Shown here: positions 19,501-30,017 of the stretch, one piece after another
How positions within the stretch are numbered: position 1 is the first letter of the stretch
Layout of the letters: each line of letters starts with the position of its first letter
Source of the DNA: an uncultured Nitrososphaerota archaeon
Lineage (GTDB): Archaea; Thermoproteota; Nitrososphaeria; Conexivisphaerales; DTJL01
Direction: 5' to 3'
Length of the DNA stretch: 64,000 nt
Assembly (NCBI GenBank): GCA_963842885.1
Contig: CAWJIE010000003.1
Location: forward strand, 384,001 to 448,000
Position numbers and translations under genes: made by a program
The notes under the pieces: model-generated
Told to the model about the DNA's origin: nothing
Databases searched by the model: none
What the model saw: the letters and a program-made list of their open reading frames with translations, nothing else

Positions 19501-19704
19501 ATGTTGCAGGAACTCAACAGGCGACTCGAAGCCTTGTCATACTGCAAACTTCGGATGTTTCAAGATCCGTCCGGCTTGGTGTGGTTGGAGGATTTGCGCG
19601 CGGACCCGTCGGCGCAGCCCATCAGGATAGGTTCCCTTACTGACGCCGCTGGGTACGTCGAGGCCATGGAAAGAGAAGAGCGCATGGTCGCCGTGATGAA
19701 CTAG
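19501..19704 (+). CDS. small hypothetical protein
   Basis: 67-aa ORF, ATG about 30 bp after TTATTA. Confidence 0.4.
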   Translation: MLQELNRRLEALSYCKLRMFQDPSGLVWLEDLRADPSAQPIRIGSLTDAAGYVEAMEREERMVAVMN

Positions 19705-19792
19705 GGCTGACAACTCGAAGGGAAGTCCCTCATTCCTCTCGATATTGGACAAGGACGTGACCTTCTAATGATTGTTGCGCGGTCGAGAAAGG

Positions 19793-20986
19793 TCAAGCCC
19801 GTTCCAAGACCGTCGCGAATCCCTGTCCTCCGCCGACGCAGAGCGAGGCGACTCCATACCTTTTGCCGCTGACGTGGAGCTGCCTGGCCAGAGTGCCCAC
19901 GAGCCGAGCGCCGGTGGCGCCTAGCGGATGGCCGAGCGCGATGGCGCCCCCATGGAGGTTCACCCTCTGATGGTTAATCCCTAGCTCCTTCATGGCGTAG
20001 AGGACGACCACGGCGAAGGCTTCGTTGATCTCCCACAGGTCGACCTCCTCGGGCTTTAAGCCAGCCTTGGCGAGGGCTTTGAGGCTGGCCGGCACTGGTC
20101 CCTTCCCCATCAGGCTTGGCTCCACGCCGGCCCAGCCGAACGAGATGACCTTGGCCAGCGGCGAAGCTCCATGTTCCTTGACCTTGGCTCCGGACATCAG
20201 TGCGACCAGGGAAGCTCCTGCGCTGAGCGTGGACGAGTTGCCTGCGGTAATCGTTCCTCCCTCCTTGAACACGGATGGTAGCTTCGAAAGCTGTTCCAAA
20301 GAGGGGTTCTTCCTGATGCTGAGGTCCTCCTCCACCGTAATCTCCTTCCTTCCGGACTCCACTCTGATCGGCATCATCTCGTCCTTGAACCAGCCGGCTT
20401 CGAGGGAGGTGGCCGCCTTCCTGTGCGACTCTACCGAGAATGCATCCATCGCCTCTCTCGTTATGCCGCTTTCGCTGGCCAACTTCTCGGCGGTTAGGCC
20501 CATTACGTAACCGACATTCATCTGGTACTTCATGTATTCGGGCCTCAGGATGAGCCTGGGGTTGACGGCCATGTGCGGGTTGTTCCACATGGGGACGTGC
20601 GTCATGTGTTCCATGCCGCCTGCGAGGACGACATCCGAATGACCCGTCATGATCTCGAATGAACCGGTAGAGATGGCGTTCATGGAGGAGGCGCACGCCC
20701 TGTCCAGCGCCAGCCCGGGGACGGAGACAGGGAGGCCGGCTAGGAGGATGGGGTGCCTCCCACCGTAGAGCCAATTTTCGTCGACCTGGAGGGCACAACC
20801 CGTGATCACGTCGCCGATCTCATGACCTTCGATCCCAGTCCTCTGCATGACCCTGCCGATCAGCAGTGCGAGAGCCTGATCCATCCTGACGGAGTTGAAG
20901 ACGTCCTTCTCAGGCTCAGCGGGCTTGGATTTGGAGAAAGGCGTCCTTTGAAAGTCGATGACATAGACGTCTTTCAATCCAATCAC
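19793..20986 (-). CDS. acetyl-CoA C-acyltransferase (thiolase)
   Basis: DRACASS, EINEAFA, GGAIALGHPLGATG, SLCVGGGQG. Confidence 0.95.
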   Translation of the reverse strand: MIGLKDVYVIDFQRTPFSKSKPAEPEKDVFNSVRMDQALALLIGRVMQRTGIEGHEIGDVITGCALQVDENWLYGGRHPILLAGLPVSVPGLALDRACASSMNAISTGSFEIMTGHSDVVLAGGMEHMTHVPMWNNPHMAVNPRLILRPEYMKYQMNVGYVMGLTAEKLASESGITREAMDAFSVESHRKAATSLEAGWFKDEMMPIRVESGRKEITVEEDLSIRKNPSLEQLSKLPSVFKEGGTITAGNSSTLSAGASLVALMSGAKVKEHGASPLAKVISFGWAGVEPSLMGKGPVPASLKALAKAGLKPEEVDLWEINEAFAVVVLYAMKELGINHQRVNLHGGAIALGHPLGATGARLVGTLARQLHVSGKRYGVASLCVGGGQGFATVLERA

Positions 20987-21129
20987 TTGCCCTTGAACTC
21001 CGGTTTCCGCTTCTGGAAGAAAGCGGAGATGCCTTCTATGACGTCGTCCGTGCCGAAGAGGATTCCATCACCATGGCCCATTTCGCCGGCCCCAACGACG
21101 GCCACGCTATTGATTTCCAGGCTCGACAC
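20983..21129 (-). pseudogene. 3-hydroxyacyl-CoA dehydrogenase/enoyl-CoA hydratase with large internal deletion
   Basis: INSVAVVGAGEMGHG (NAD-binding N-terminus) joined directly to GILFGTDDVIEGISAFFQKRKPEFKGK (crotonase C-terminus). Confidence 0.8.
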
Positions 21130-21283
21130 GTGGGACCCTGCTCGCTCACTGCTAATAAACGGTTCTTGAGACACGATTCCGGACCGAAGAGGCATGGGTC
21201 GAGTGAGAACGGGACGAACAGCCCCTCTTCGCCGGGCAGAATTGGGGGAACAGGATTTAAGCGTCGAATGACAACCACGATGC

Positions 21284-21941
21284 GTGACTAGGAAAGCGTT
21301 GCTGGTTGTCGACATGACAAACGACTTCCTCCTCAAGAGCTACAACCCGGGCTTGGCCTTGGAAAGCGGCATGGCCCTGGTGCCCAGGATCAGGGAGCTC
21401 CAGGAGGCGTTCCTTGATGCGGGAAACCCCGTCATCTACACGACTGACCGCCATCTGAAATCTGACTTTGAGCTGAAAAAGTGGGGGCCTCATTCAATGA
21501 AGGGCACCAAGGGTTCAGAGATAGTCAGCGGGCTCCTGACCCAAGGGCCTGTGCGTCCTGGAGAGAGATTGGAAGGAGAAGGACGTGAAGAAGATAAAGA
21601 AGGATCAGCTTCTATTCGAGGTGGAGAAGGGTACCTACAGCGGATTCACCGACAATGGAGGGAGGCCGACGGCCATGGACTCCCTGCTGGAGAAGCTGAA
21701 ATTCAAACCCGGTGACAAACTCTACGTCACGGGCCTCCATACGAACTGCTGTGACAAGCACACGGCGGCCGACGCCTGGTTCAGGGGCTACGTGCCTGTA
21801 ATGGTGAGCGACTGCACCACGGCCTTTGATGACACCGACGGCACCATGGGCATGGGCCATGATAGGGCGTTGAACTATGAGAAGTACTGGTACGAGGCCG
21901 AAGCACAGCCTTCCAAGGAAGTCTTGAAGGAACTCAAGTAG
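21284..21941 (+). CDS. isochorismatase/nicotinamidase family cysteine hydrolase (frameshifted)
   Basis: ALLVVDMTNDF, WGPH, EKGTYSGF, TGLHTNCC. Confidence 0.85.
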
Positions 21942-22066
21942 GCTTGGCAGTCAGAGAAGCAGGCTGCGGGAGTCCTTTCCGAGCTCACACTGTGAATCGT
22001 TTGAAGAAATAAGAGGGACCACCTTCAACGTGGCGGCCCCATCAGAGGGAATAATGCCGCGTCCTT

Positions 22067-23299
22067 CTAGGAGGTGGGCGCGGGCCTCGTGCCAAGGGTG
22101 ACTGAGACGTTCATCGTCTGGCCATTGCGTATTATGGTCATGGTTACAGTCTGTCCGGGGAGCGTGTTGCCTTCGAGGTACGCCGAGAGGCCGTCGCTGT
22201 TCAGGATGCGTGTGCCATTGATTGCAGTGATCACGTCTCCACCTAGCAGTATTGTGTTGCCTTCGACGGTCGCCTGCTGCGTGCCTGCCTTCAGACCCGC
22301 GCTGGCGGCGGGACCGCCGCTGACCACGCTCTCGATGAGGGAGCCGTAGGTCGTGTTGATGTTCATCGCCTGAGCCGTCGCGTAGTCCATGTCGACATCA
22401 GTGATGCCGAGGTAGGAGTGCTGCTTGTAGGTCCCGGTGGTGACCAGAGAGTTAATCTCCCTAAGGATGGTGGAAGAGGACACGGCGAACCCTATCGCGT
22501 CGGCGGCGTTACCCGATGAGTCGGTGGCGGTCGCCGTGGTTATCCCGACGACCTGGTCAGCGTAGTTCAGGAGTGGTCCGCCGGAGTTGCCCGGGTTGAT
22601 GGGGGCGCTAGTCTGAATGGCGTTGGCGATGGCATAGGGTACCGTGCTTTCGTCAATCGTGCGACCGAGTGCGCTTACGACCCCTGTGGTGACAGAGCCT
22701 GTCAGTCCGTAGGGCGCGCCCACGGCCAAGACAGGGTCACCGACGCTCAGGGTGGTCGAGGACACCATGGTCAAGGGGATGAATTCCGACGATGGCGCCT
22801 GGACGGTGAGCACCGCCAAGTCAGAGTACGGGTCGGTGCCAATGACGGTTGCCGCATATGCGTCGCCGTTGTTGAAGGTCACCGAGATGCCCGTGGCGCC
22901 GTCCACGACATGGTAGTTGGTTATGATGACATCCTCGCTAGCTCACGGTGTAGACGAACCCGGAGCCCTGTATTTCGCTCGAAGTCGTGCCGAAGATCGA
23001 TGACTGGCTCACCATCCCTGTGATGACTACCACAGAGTTCTTGACCGCCGCATAGAGATCGGAGACCGACACGTTGCCGCTAACCACGACGCTCGTGCCG
23101 GTGGTCGAGGTACCATTCCCTGTACTCTCGATTCTGAGACTGCAGCATGTTCACCTGCTGCTGCAGCTGAGGTGACCTGGCCGGTGTAGGCGACGTAGCC
23201 TATGCCTCCTCCTATGACCAGTCCCAGAGCTAGGACCAAGACGGCGACGACGACAGTGAAGTTCCTGCGAGAATGCGTAGGGGGCTCCATCATCGTCAA
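22067..23299 (-). CDS. HtrA/DegP-type serine protease with PDZ domain and N-terminal TM (frameshifted)
   Basis: DPYSDLAVL, IQTSAPINPGNSGGPL, PDZ GPAASAGL...GDVI; TM in ORF 23027-23299. Confidence 0.9.
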
Positions 23300-23581
23300 T
23301 CGAGCCTTCCTCCTAGGATTTGGGCGACTGCGGGGATCGCCCTGACATGTGCCGTTCCCAGGCCAGTGAGCGAGCGGAAGTCACTGATTGGGGCTTCACC
23401 GAACTGAAATCCAGAACCTTCAAGATTCCTCAAGTTGATCATACCCGATGTTACTAGGCCGCATAGTAGCTAACCCTTCTTAAGTGTTATGACAAAACAT
23501 GGTAGTGAACGAGAGAGGACGCGGAAATCACTGAAAAGGCTAAATAGCTACTATGGGGGTTAGTAAGAAGCGTCGATAGCG

Positions 23582-24034
23582 TTGGCCACCAAGAGAACGT
23601 ACAAGGTCTCCCGCTATAACCTGGACGGCGAGCAGTTCGAAGGTTTCCTCGGCCCTCTCGGCGCTGAGATCCTTGAGACGATTTGGGACTCGGAAGAGGA
23701 GCCGATGACCGTCAGGAAGGTCTATGAGGAGCTCAGGAAGAAGACGAAGATTGCATATACCACAGTCATGTCTACGATGGACCGCCTCTACGACAAAGGC
23801 CTCCTGGACAGGCGAGTCGAACGGGGCAAGGGCGGGGTCTTCTTCGTCTACTGGCCGAAGCTTGGAAAGAAGCATTTCGAGGAGTCGGCAGTCAGGACCG
23901 TGGTCAGCAGCCTCTTTCGCAACTTCGGGAGCACTGTCACGAATGCCCTGATTGAAGAGGTAGCTATGAACGGGGAAGACCTTCAAGCGCTTCAGAAACA
24001 GGTGGAGAGAGTAGCCTCAGAGAAGAAGAGGTGA
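23582..24034 (+). CDS. BlaI/MecI/CopY family transcriptional regulator
   Basis: LGPLGAEILETIW, IAYTTVMSTMDRLYDKGLL. Confidence 0.88.
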   Translation: MATKRTYKVSRYNLDGEQFEGFLGPLGAEILETIWDSEEEPMTVRKVYEELRKKTKIAYTTVMSTMDRLYDKGLLDRRVERGKGGVFFVYWPKLGKKHFEESAVRTVVSSLFRNFGSTVTNALIEEVAMNGEDLQALQKQVERVASEKKR

Positions 24035-24052
24035 AGATGAACGAGCGCCTCC

Positions 24053-25353
24053 ATGCTCGGCAGCATTGCCCAAGAACTTCTCCAGCCTTACGTTTACTAT
24101 GCTGCCGTGTTGACGACCGTCTGGTTCCTATGCACCAAGCTTCTTCTCAGGTCGGGGAACTTCTTCGGCCATAGGACCCGCAGCTTCCTGCTGCTAGTGC
24201 CCTTGAGCGTGCCGGCTGCGGCGGTTGTGGCCTCGTATGCGGTGAACTTCGCCAGGAATCTCGCAACGTCGCGGATGGCCGTGCAGCCCGATGTCTTCAT
24301 TCAGACGCCGGCGGCATACTTTACTTACGTGCAGCCACCGCCGGGGTTCCTTAGCATGAGCCCCTTCATGTTGACGGCCGTCATCGGCTTGGCGGCCCTA
24401 ACCGGTGGAGCTGTCGTCTTCTTTTCCATGCTACTTATTCGGCGGACGGGTCGCACGGAAGATTTTCGGCGTCGTCCTCATGGAGGAGGAGGACTATACT
24501 GAGCTGCAGGCGAAGGTCCGCCTGATGTCGTCCAAGCTGGGCATCAGGATGCCCAAGGTGGGATTGGTCGAGGATCTCAGGCCCAACGCTTTCTCCATCG
24601 GAAGGGGTAGGAGATGCGACTATCGTGTTCTCTCTTGGTATCCTGAAGGTACTGGACGGCGACGAGCTGGAGGCCGTCATCTCGCATGAGCTCTCTCACA
24701 TCAAGAACGGGGACCTGACCTTCAAGGCCTTGACCAGTGCGTTGGTGGCCATATCCTTCTTCAATCCTCTGGCCTATCTGTCGGCTTCGGCCGCGCAGAA
24801 GGAGAGGGAGATGCTCGCCGATGAACGCGGCGCGGGCGTCATCGAGAGGCCTGAAGCTCTGGTGTCGGCGCTGGTGAAGGTGGGGAGCGCACTGAAGGCC
24901 TTCCCGCCTGACGGCCGCCTTACGCGGCTTGCCGTGGCTACATTCCTCGCATCCTCCTTTGAACACAGGTCGGAGGCATTGTCCAGCCATCCCGCGATGA
25001 AGACCAGGGCCTGGAACGTGCTGGACCTGAAGTCTAGAAGCATCCTGCCGAGGCGCAGGCTCGCCGCGGTGCTTGTGGTTTCGTCGCTCATCTTCGTGGG
25101 CGGCGTAGTGGCCAGCATCTACCTGGTCGACTTGCAGGCGCAGATGCTCCAGGTCTTCCTCCCCAAGGCTCCGCTCGCCTTCAGCTATGCCTCGTACCAC
25201 GGCTTTGGTGACACGAACGCCATGGTCGCTCACTCAGTCGGGTTCGCCCATCCACATGGGTTTAGCTCCGTCTCCCCCTCCGGGGGGGTCCCGGGTCTCC
25301 GGGCGGTTCAGCTGTCGCGGTGCCATCTCCCTCACACCATCTCCCACATCTAG
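24053..25353 (+). CDS. membrane Zn metallopeptidase, M56/M48 (BlaR1/HtpX-like; frameshifted)
   Basis: TMs, PNAFS, ELEAVISHELSH (HExxH), EREMLADE, SHP..R. Confidence 0.82.
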
Positions 25354-25450
25354 GGCCGTATGCTCGGGATTGGTTCGGCCCGTTTGAACCTGATGGCTTG
25401 ACTCGCGTCACCAGAACACGAACATGGGGATGCTCACGCGAGCGGGGTGA

Positions 25451-25825
25451 CTACTCTTTGATTTCTACAGTCTGCCTTCCTTCCTCGTCGTTCCATCTGT
25501 TCACCCAGTCGGCGAAGTGCTGCAGGACGACGAGCAGGTCCTTCCCTTTGTCGGTCAGAGAGTATTCGACCCTTGGCGGAGCGGCGGGCAGGACATTTCT
25601 CTGAATTATCTGAAGGCGCTCGAGTTCGTTCAACCTGTCGGCGAGGCTCGTCGAGCTGATTCCATCGATGCGCCTCTTCAGCTCGTTGAACCTTGCTGGC
25701 TCCCTTATCCCGAGAGTGTGGATTATCGGAAGGCTCCAGGCCTTCGTCAGCTCGTTCCAAGCGGCGTGAACGGCTCTGCTGGCCTCGCACTTATCGGCTA
25801 GTTCCTGGTCAGGCTGTGCTGACAT
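25451..25825 (-). CDS. HxlR-family transcriptional regulator
   Basis: WSLPII, RFNELKRRIDGISSTSLADRLNELE, PPRVEYSLT. Confidence 0.9.
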   Translation of the reverse strand: MSAQPDQELADKCEASRAVHAAWNELTKAWSLPIIHTLGIREPARFNELKRRIDGISSTSLADRLNELERLQIIQRNVLPAAPPRVEYSLTDKGKDLLVVLQHFADWVNRWNDEEGRQTVEIKE

Positions 25826-25877
25826 AGTCAACTGCGTATTACCTACTAAGTATAAAATTACTATCAAGTATATAAAG

Positions 25878-26268
25878 ATGACTTTCCACATCAGCATCCG
25901 AAGACAGATGGAGATCCAAGATGTGAGACGTGTTTCCTTCACAGAAGAAGAGACGGAATTCCTGGCCGAGAACGGCTTGGCGAGGATCGCGACCGTCTCC
26001 AACGACATGCAGCCTCATGTTGTCCCGGTGGTATACGAGTTCGACGGCACGTCGTTCTACTTTAGCGGCTGGAACCTGGAGATGAGTCTCAAGTTCCGGA
26101 ACATCAAGCAAAACGGCAAGGTCGCGATGGTGTTTGACGACCTGCCTTCTGTCAACCCATGGCGTGCCCGAGGCCTCGAGATTCGGGGGATGGCAGAAGT
26201 GGGATACGCGAACGGGAAGCCCTACGTCAAGGTGAATCCCGTCCACCAAGCGGAGCTGGGGGCTCTAG
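25878..26268 (+). CDS. pyridoxamine 5'-phosphate oxidase-like (PPOX class) protein (3' frameshift)
   Basis: LARIATV...PHVVPV, KFRNI...KVAMVFDD, RGLEIRG. Confidence 0.8.
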
Positions 26269-26281
26269 GAGGGAAGGAAAA

Positions 26282-27248
26282 TTGGACTTATCAGGGTTTG
26301 AAGACCAGATAACTAAGGTCGTCGCCCAGCTGCAGCGCTCCGTCGTTAGCATCGACAGCGTCCGCATGGCGAGGGACTGGAGGTTCGGCACGGTCCCCCT
26401 TGAAGGGCAGGGCTCGGGCGTCATCATAAATCCCAGCGGATACATCGTGACCAACAACCACGTCATTGATGAAGCCGACAGGGTTCAGGTGACTCTGGAG
26501 GACGGGAGGACCTTTGTCGGAGAGGTCGTGGGGTCGGACCCCGCCACAGATGTCGCACTGGTTAGGGTGGACGCCACGGACCTCCCCGCTGCGAGGCTCG
26601 CCGACTCGGAGAAGCTCAAGGTGGGTCAGTTCGCCCTTGCCGTAGGGAACGCACTTGGACTGCCCGGGGCACCCACGGTGTCGCTTGGCGTCGTCAGCGC
26701 CCTCGGGAGGCCTCTCCCCGGGACTGATTTCGTGCTTGAAGGGCTCATCCAGACCGATGCCGCGATAAACCCCGGGAACAGCGGGGGGCCTCTTGCCAAC
26801 GTCGACGGCGAGGTCATCGGCATCAACACGGCGATGATACCCTTCGCCCAGGGCCTCGGATTCGCGATACCAGCCCAGACAGTCAGGATGGTGGTCGATC
26901 AGATACTCCGCAACGGAAGGGTCGTCAGGCCCTGGCTGGGGATCTCTGGATTGGACATCAATCCGGCCCTAGCGAAAGAGGTACGGCCTGCCCTCTGAAT
27001 CAGGAGTGCTTGTGGGCGACGTCTCGCGGGGGAGCCCGGCTGACCTGTGCGGCTTCAGGAGGGGTGACTTGATCGTGGCCGCAGGAGACCTCGAGGTCAG
27101 GAAGATGAAGGACCTCCTTCTTGCCCTTGCGAAGGTCGCCGTAGGTGACGGCGTGAAACTGATCGTCATGCGCAACAGCAGGAGATACGAAGTTACAGCA
27201 AGGCTAGAGGAGGCGCCTGTCCAGATGGTGGACAGGAGAAGGAGGTAG
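26282..27248 (+). CDS. HtrA/DegQ-type serine protease with PDZ domain, apparently cytoplasmic (frameshifted)
   Basis: GSGVII, TNNHV, DPATDVAL, IQTDAAINPGNSGGPL, PDZ GSPADLCG...GDLI. Confidence 0.9.
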
Positions 27249-27254
27249 GTGCAA

Positions 27255-27368
27255 ATGGCCTCGATTTTGCCGTCGTATGAGATTGATGCGCTCTACCTGC
27301 TGCTCTCCATCGCGCTCTTGGTTCTGGGCGCCGGCGCGGCCGCCATCGGGCCAGCGGTGGGGCTGTAG
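27255..27368 (+). CDS. small single-TM protein (37 aa)
   Basis: Own translation MASILPSYEIDALYLLLSIALLVLGAGAAAIGPAVGL; fills the gap between two co-oriented genes after GGAGGT. Confidence 0.45.
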   Translation: MASILPSYEIDALYLLLSIALLVLGAGAAAIGPAVGL

Positions 27369-27380
27369 GGAGAAAAGGAG

Positions 27381-28499
27381 TTGTTCGGGTTGGCCGTCAA
27401 TTTGTTGCAGCTCGCGGTCGACATCGGAGGGATCCTTGGCCTGGTGACCACGGCGTTCTTCCTCTCGTTCATGCTTTTCGGCCAGAGGCTCCAATACAGG
27501 ATGGCCTTGGGCGGCATCAGGCGCTCAGTCGAACGTCTGGACCTGATGAGCGGAAGGGTCAAGAAGGAAACGGTGGACTACCTGATCAATACTGGAGGGG
27601 CTCCAAGTAATGTGGCAGAAAGGGTGGACCAGCTTCTGGACTACATCACCATCATGCCCGTTGACCTTGACCCCTCGGGTATCGTGCCGAAGATAGAGCA
27701 CATAGCGAACACCGGCGACGAACACGTCCGTGCGGAGGTCAGGGAGTTGCTGAAAGACGCAGACCCTGTCTCCGTTTCGATCGCACAGAATCTCCTGGAG
27801 TTGTCGAGCGCCCTCAACATGATGCACAAGGTCGTCCGTCATTTCTACATAACAGGCCTGAAGACGAGGTCGTTCGCCACCTTATCTCAGCTGCAGATGG
27901 TGATGCCGCAGGTGCTTGAACAGGCCACGACTCTGGAGAGGGCCGTAGGTTCGATCAAGCTCGGGCAGCCGGTCGGCGACGGGATAGGCCCACTCGTAGC
28001 TTCGAAGTTCATCGGCAAGAAGGCGCAGGAGCCCATCGCCAGGGACACCACTCTATCGACTATCTCGTACAAGGGCAGGATCCTCTATGTCGTGAAGGCC
28101 GAAGGACCTGCGGGCTACGTCGGACAGCCAGGCGTGGCCATACAGAAGGTGGTGGAGGAAATGGGGGTCTCCCTCAACAGCATAATCATGGTCGATGCGG
28201 CGCTGAAACTCGAGGGGGAGCCGACGGGCGAGGTGGCGGAGGGGGTGGGAGCGGCGATAGGGGGGATTGGCGTCGAGAAGTTCCAGATAGAGGAGGTTGC
28301 ATCGAAACACAAGATACCGCTCTACGCCATCCTCGTCAAGGAGAGCGACCTCGAAGCCATCACCACGATGAAGCAGGAGATAGTGGATGCCATTCCGAAG
28401 GTCACGGGCATCATCTCCAAGATTATCGAGCAGAGGACCAAGGAAGGCGAGGGGGTCCTGCTTGCCGGCATCGGCAACACCTTGGGGATAGGCCAGTAA
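27381..28499 (+). CDS. DUF1512-like archaeal membrane protein
   Basis: PVDLDPSGIV, PVGDGIGPLVA, VDAALKLEGE, GVGAAIGGIGVEK, GIGNTLGIGQ. Confidence 0.75.
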   Translation: MFGLAVNLLQLAVDIGGILGLVTTAFFLSFMLFGQRLQYRMALGGIRRSVERLDLMSGRVKKETVDYLINTGGAPSNVAERVDQLLDYITIMPVDLDPSGIVPKIEHIANTGDEHVRAEVRELLKDADPVSVSIAQNLLELSSALNMMHKVVRHFYITGLKTRSFATLSQLQMVMPQVLEQATTLERAVGSIKLGQPVGDGIGPLVASKFIGKKAQEPIARDTTLSTISYKGRILYVVKAEGPAGYVGQPGVAIQKVVEEMGVSLNSIIMVDAALKLEGEPTGEVAEGVGAAIGGIGVEKFQIEEVASKHKIPLYAILVKESDLEAITTMKQEIVDAIPKVTGIISKIIEQRTKEGEGVLLAGIGNTLGIGQ

Positions 28500-28529
28500 A
28501 CTGGAGGGCCTTCCTCCAGGCTCTCGGCT

Positions 28530-29105
28530 CTAGCTCCCTATCCTCAGTTTTTCCAAGTACTTCTTCCTTAGCTTGGCCACCTTTGGGGCGATGATGATGC
28601 GGCAGTAGGGCTGATGGGGGTTCTTCTTGAAGTAGCTCTGATGGTAGTCTTCCGCAGGATAGAACGCTTGGAAAGGTTTGACCTCAGTGACCGCCTCCTT
28701 CCCCCAGATTTCCGACGTGTTGACTTCCCTCATGACCCCATCGGCGTCGGCCTTCTGCCGGTCGTCATGGTACAGGATTATGGAACGATACTGGGTGCCG
28801 ACGTCCGCCCCTTGGCGGTTGGGCGTGGTAGGATCATGCATGGTGAAGAACACATGCAGGAGCTCCCGGTATGAAATCGCGCTAGGGTCAAAGGTGACCT
28901 GCACGACCTCGGCGTGACCGGTCGCGTCGCCGCAGACCATCTCGTAAGTGGGGTTGACCACATCGCCGCCCGAGTACCCCGAGACGACTTTCTCCACGCC
29001 ACGCAGCTCGCTGAAGATGGCGTCCAAGCACCAAAAGCACCCTCCGCCTAAGGTCGCCACCTCCATGGACGACGTTGGATACCCAACACTGTCAGAGGAT
29101 CCCAT
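28530..29105 (-). CDS. msrA: peptide-methionine (S)-S-oxide reductase
   Basis: GGGCFWC, GYSGG, GHAEVV, HDPT, GTQYRS, AEDYHQ. Confidence 0.95.
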   Translation of the reverse strand: MGSSDSVGYPTSSMEVATLGGGCFWCLDAIFSELRGVEKVVSGYSGGDVVNPTYEMVCGDATGHAEVVQVTFDPSAISYRELLHVFFTMHDPTTPNRQGADVGTQYRSIILYHDDRQKADADGVMREVNTSEIWGKEAVTEVKPFQAFYPAEDYHQSYFKKNPHQPYCRIIIAPKVAKLRKKYLEKLRIGS

Positions 29106-29220
29106 TGCAATCCGCTCGAACCAAATGAACACATTTAACTTGCTAGCAAGAAAAGCGATCCCTGACATTATACATTCAGATTTAAATATCCAAATAGCGT
29201 ACCCTCCCGTTGAAGGAAAA

Positions 29221-29265
29221 GTGCCGGCAAAGAAGAAAGCTGCTAAGAAAGCCAAGAAGAAGTAA
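29221..29265 (+). CDS. 14-aa Lys/Ala-rich micro-protein (MPAKKKAAKKAKKK)
   Basis: GTG start after GAAGGA, TATA box TTTAAATA at 29181, T-run after the stop. Confidence 0.5.
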   Translation: MPAKKKAAKKAKKK

Positions 29266-30017
29266 TTGGTTTTCGCTATTCTGTGAACCGTAATTCGTGG
29301 CATCCAGCATGCGCTCTCCGTACCCTTTTTTGGAGAGCCATTAATTGACAGACTAGACGCCGCCAGCAAGCCCATGGACGGCAAGATAAGGCGAAGGGAA
29401 AGGCTGGGCGGTGACGCATGCCATGGAGAGGTTTGCGAACGGCGTAAACATTCCGTACGGGCTTGCGAGCCACTTCCTTCCGGTGGTCTTCATCCTTGGC
29501 TTCCCGCTCAGCAACCAGATGTGGAGTCGCAAGGTTGAACATGTCAAGTCTCTGTGCGACACCGTGGCCCTTGACCTCAGAGTCCATGGAGGATTAGACA
29601 AACCCGACCTTCTGTTAGCAATCAGATTTCCCTCGACTTCAGGGCTTCGTAGGTAGCGTGCGCGTTTTCCACCTGGAATACCACCCCAATCAGATCCGAG
29701 ATGGAGCTTCCCGCCATTTCGCGCAGCGCCAGCTCTACCCTCCGCCGTTAAAGAAGACGAACTCTCCGGGCAACGTGTATTTGACCTTCATGCCCAGCAC
29801 GTCCTGGTTGAAGGAGGCGGACCTAGTAAGCTCTCAACCGGGAGTATGACTTGACTCGTCTTCGCGAAACTCACAGGCCACCCGCCCAGTGGGTTTCGAA
29901 TTTGCCAGTTATGCGCGTTTAATTCCGGGGCGATGACGCTTCTAAGTCTGGAAATCCCCAGAGCTGCCGCTGGCCCACGATCAAGGACAAAGAAACCTGA
30001 TTACTGGGGCGGGTCGT

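Noticed and set aside
1-21000. att-site duplication delimiting an integrated element
   Set aside because: I found no tRNA 3' fragment or convincing direct repeat by eye; one boundary may lie outside the window.
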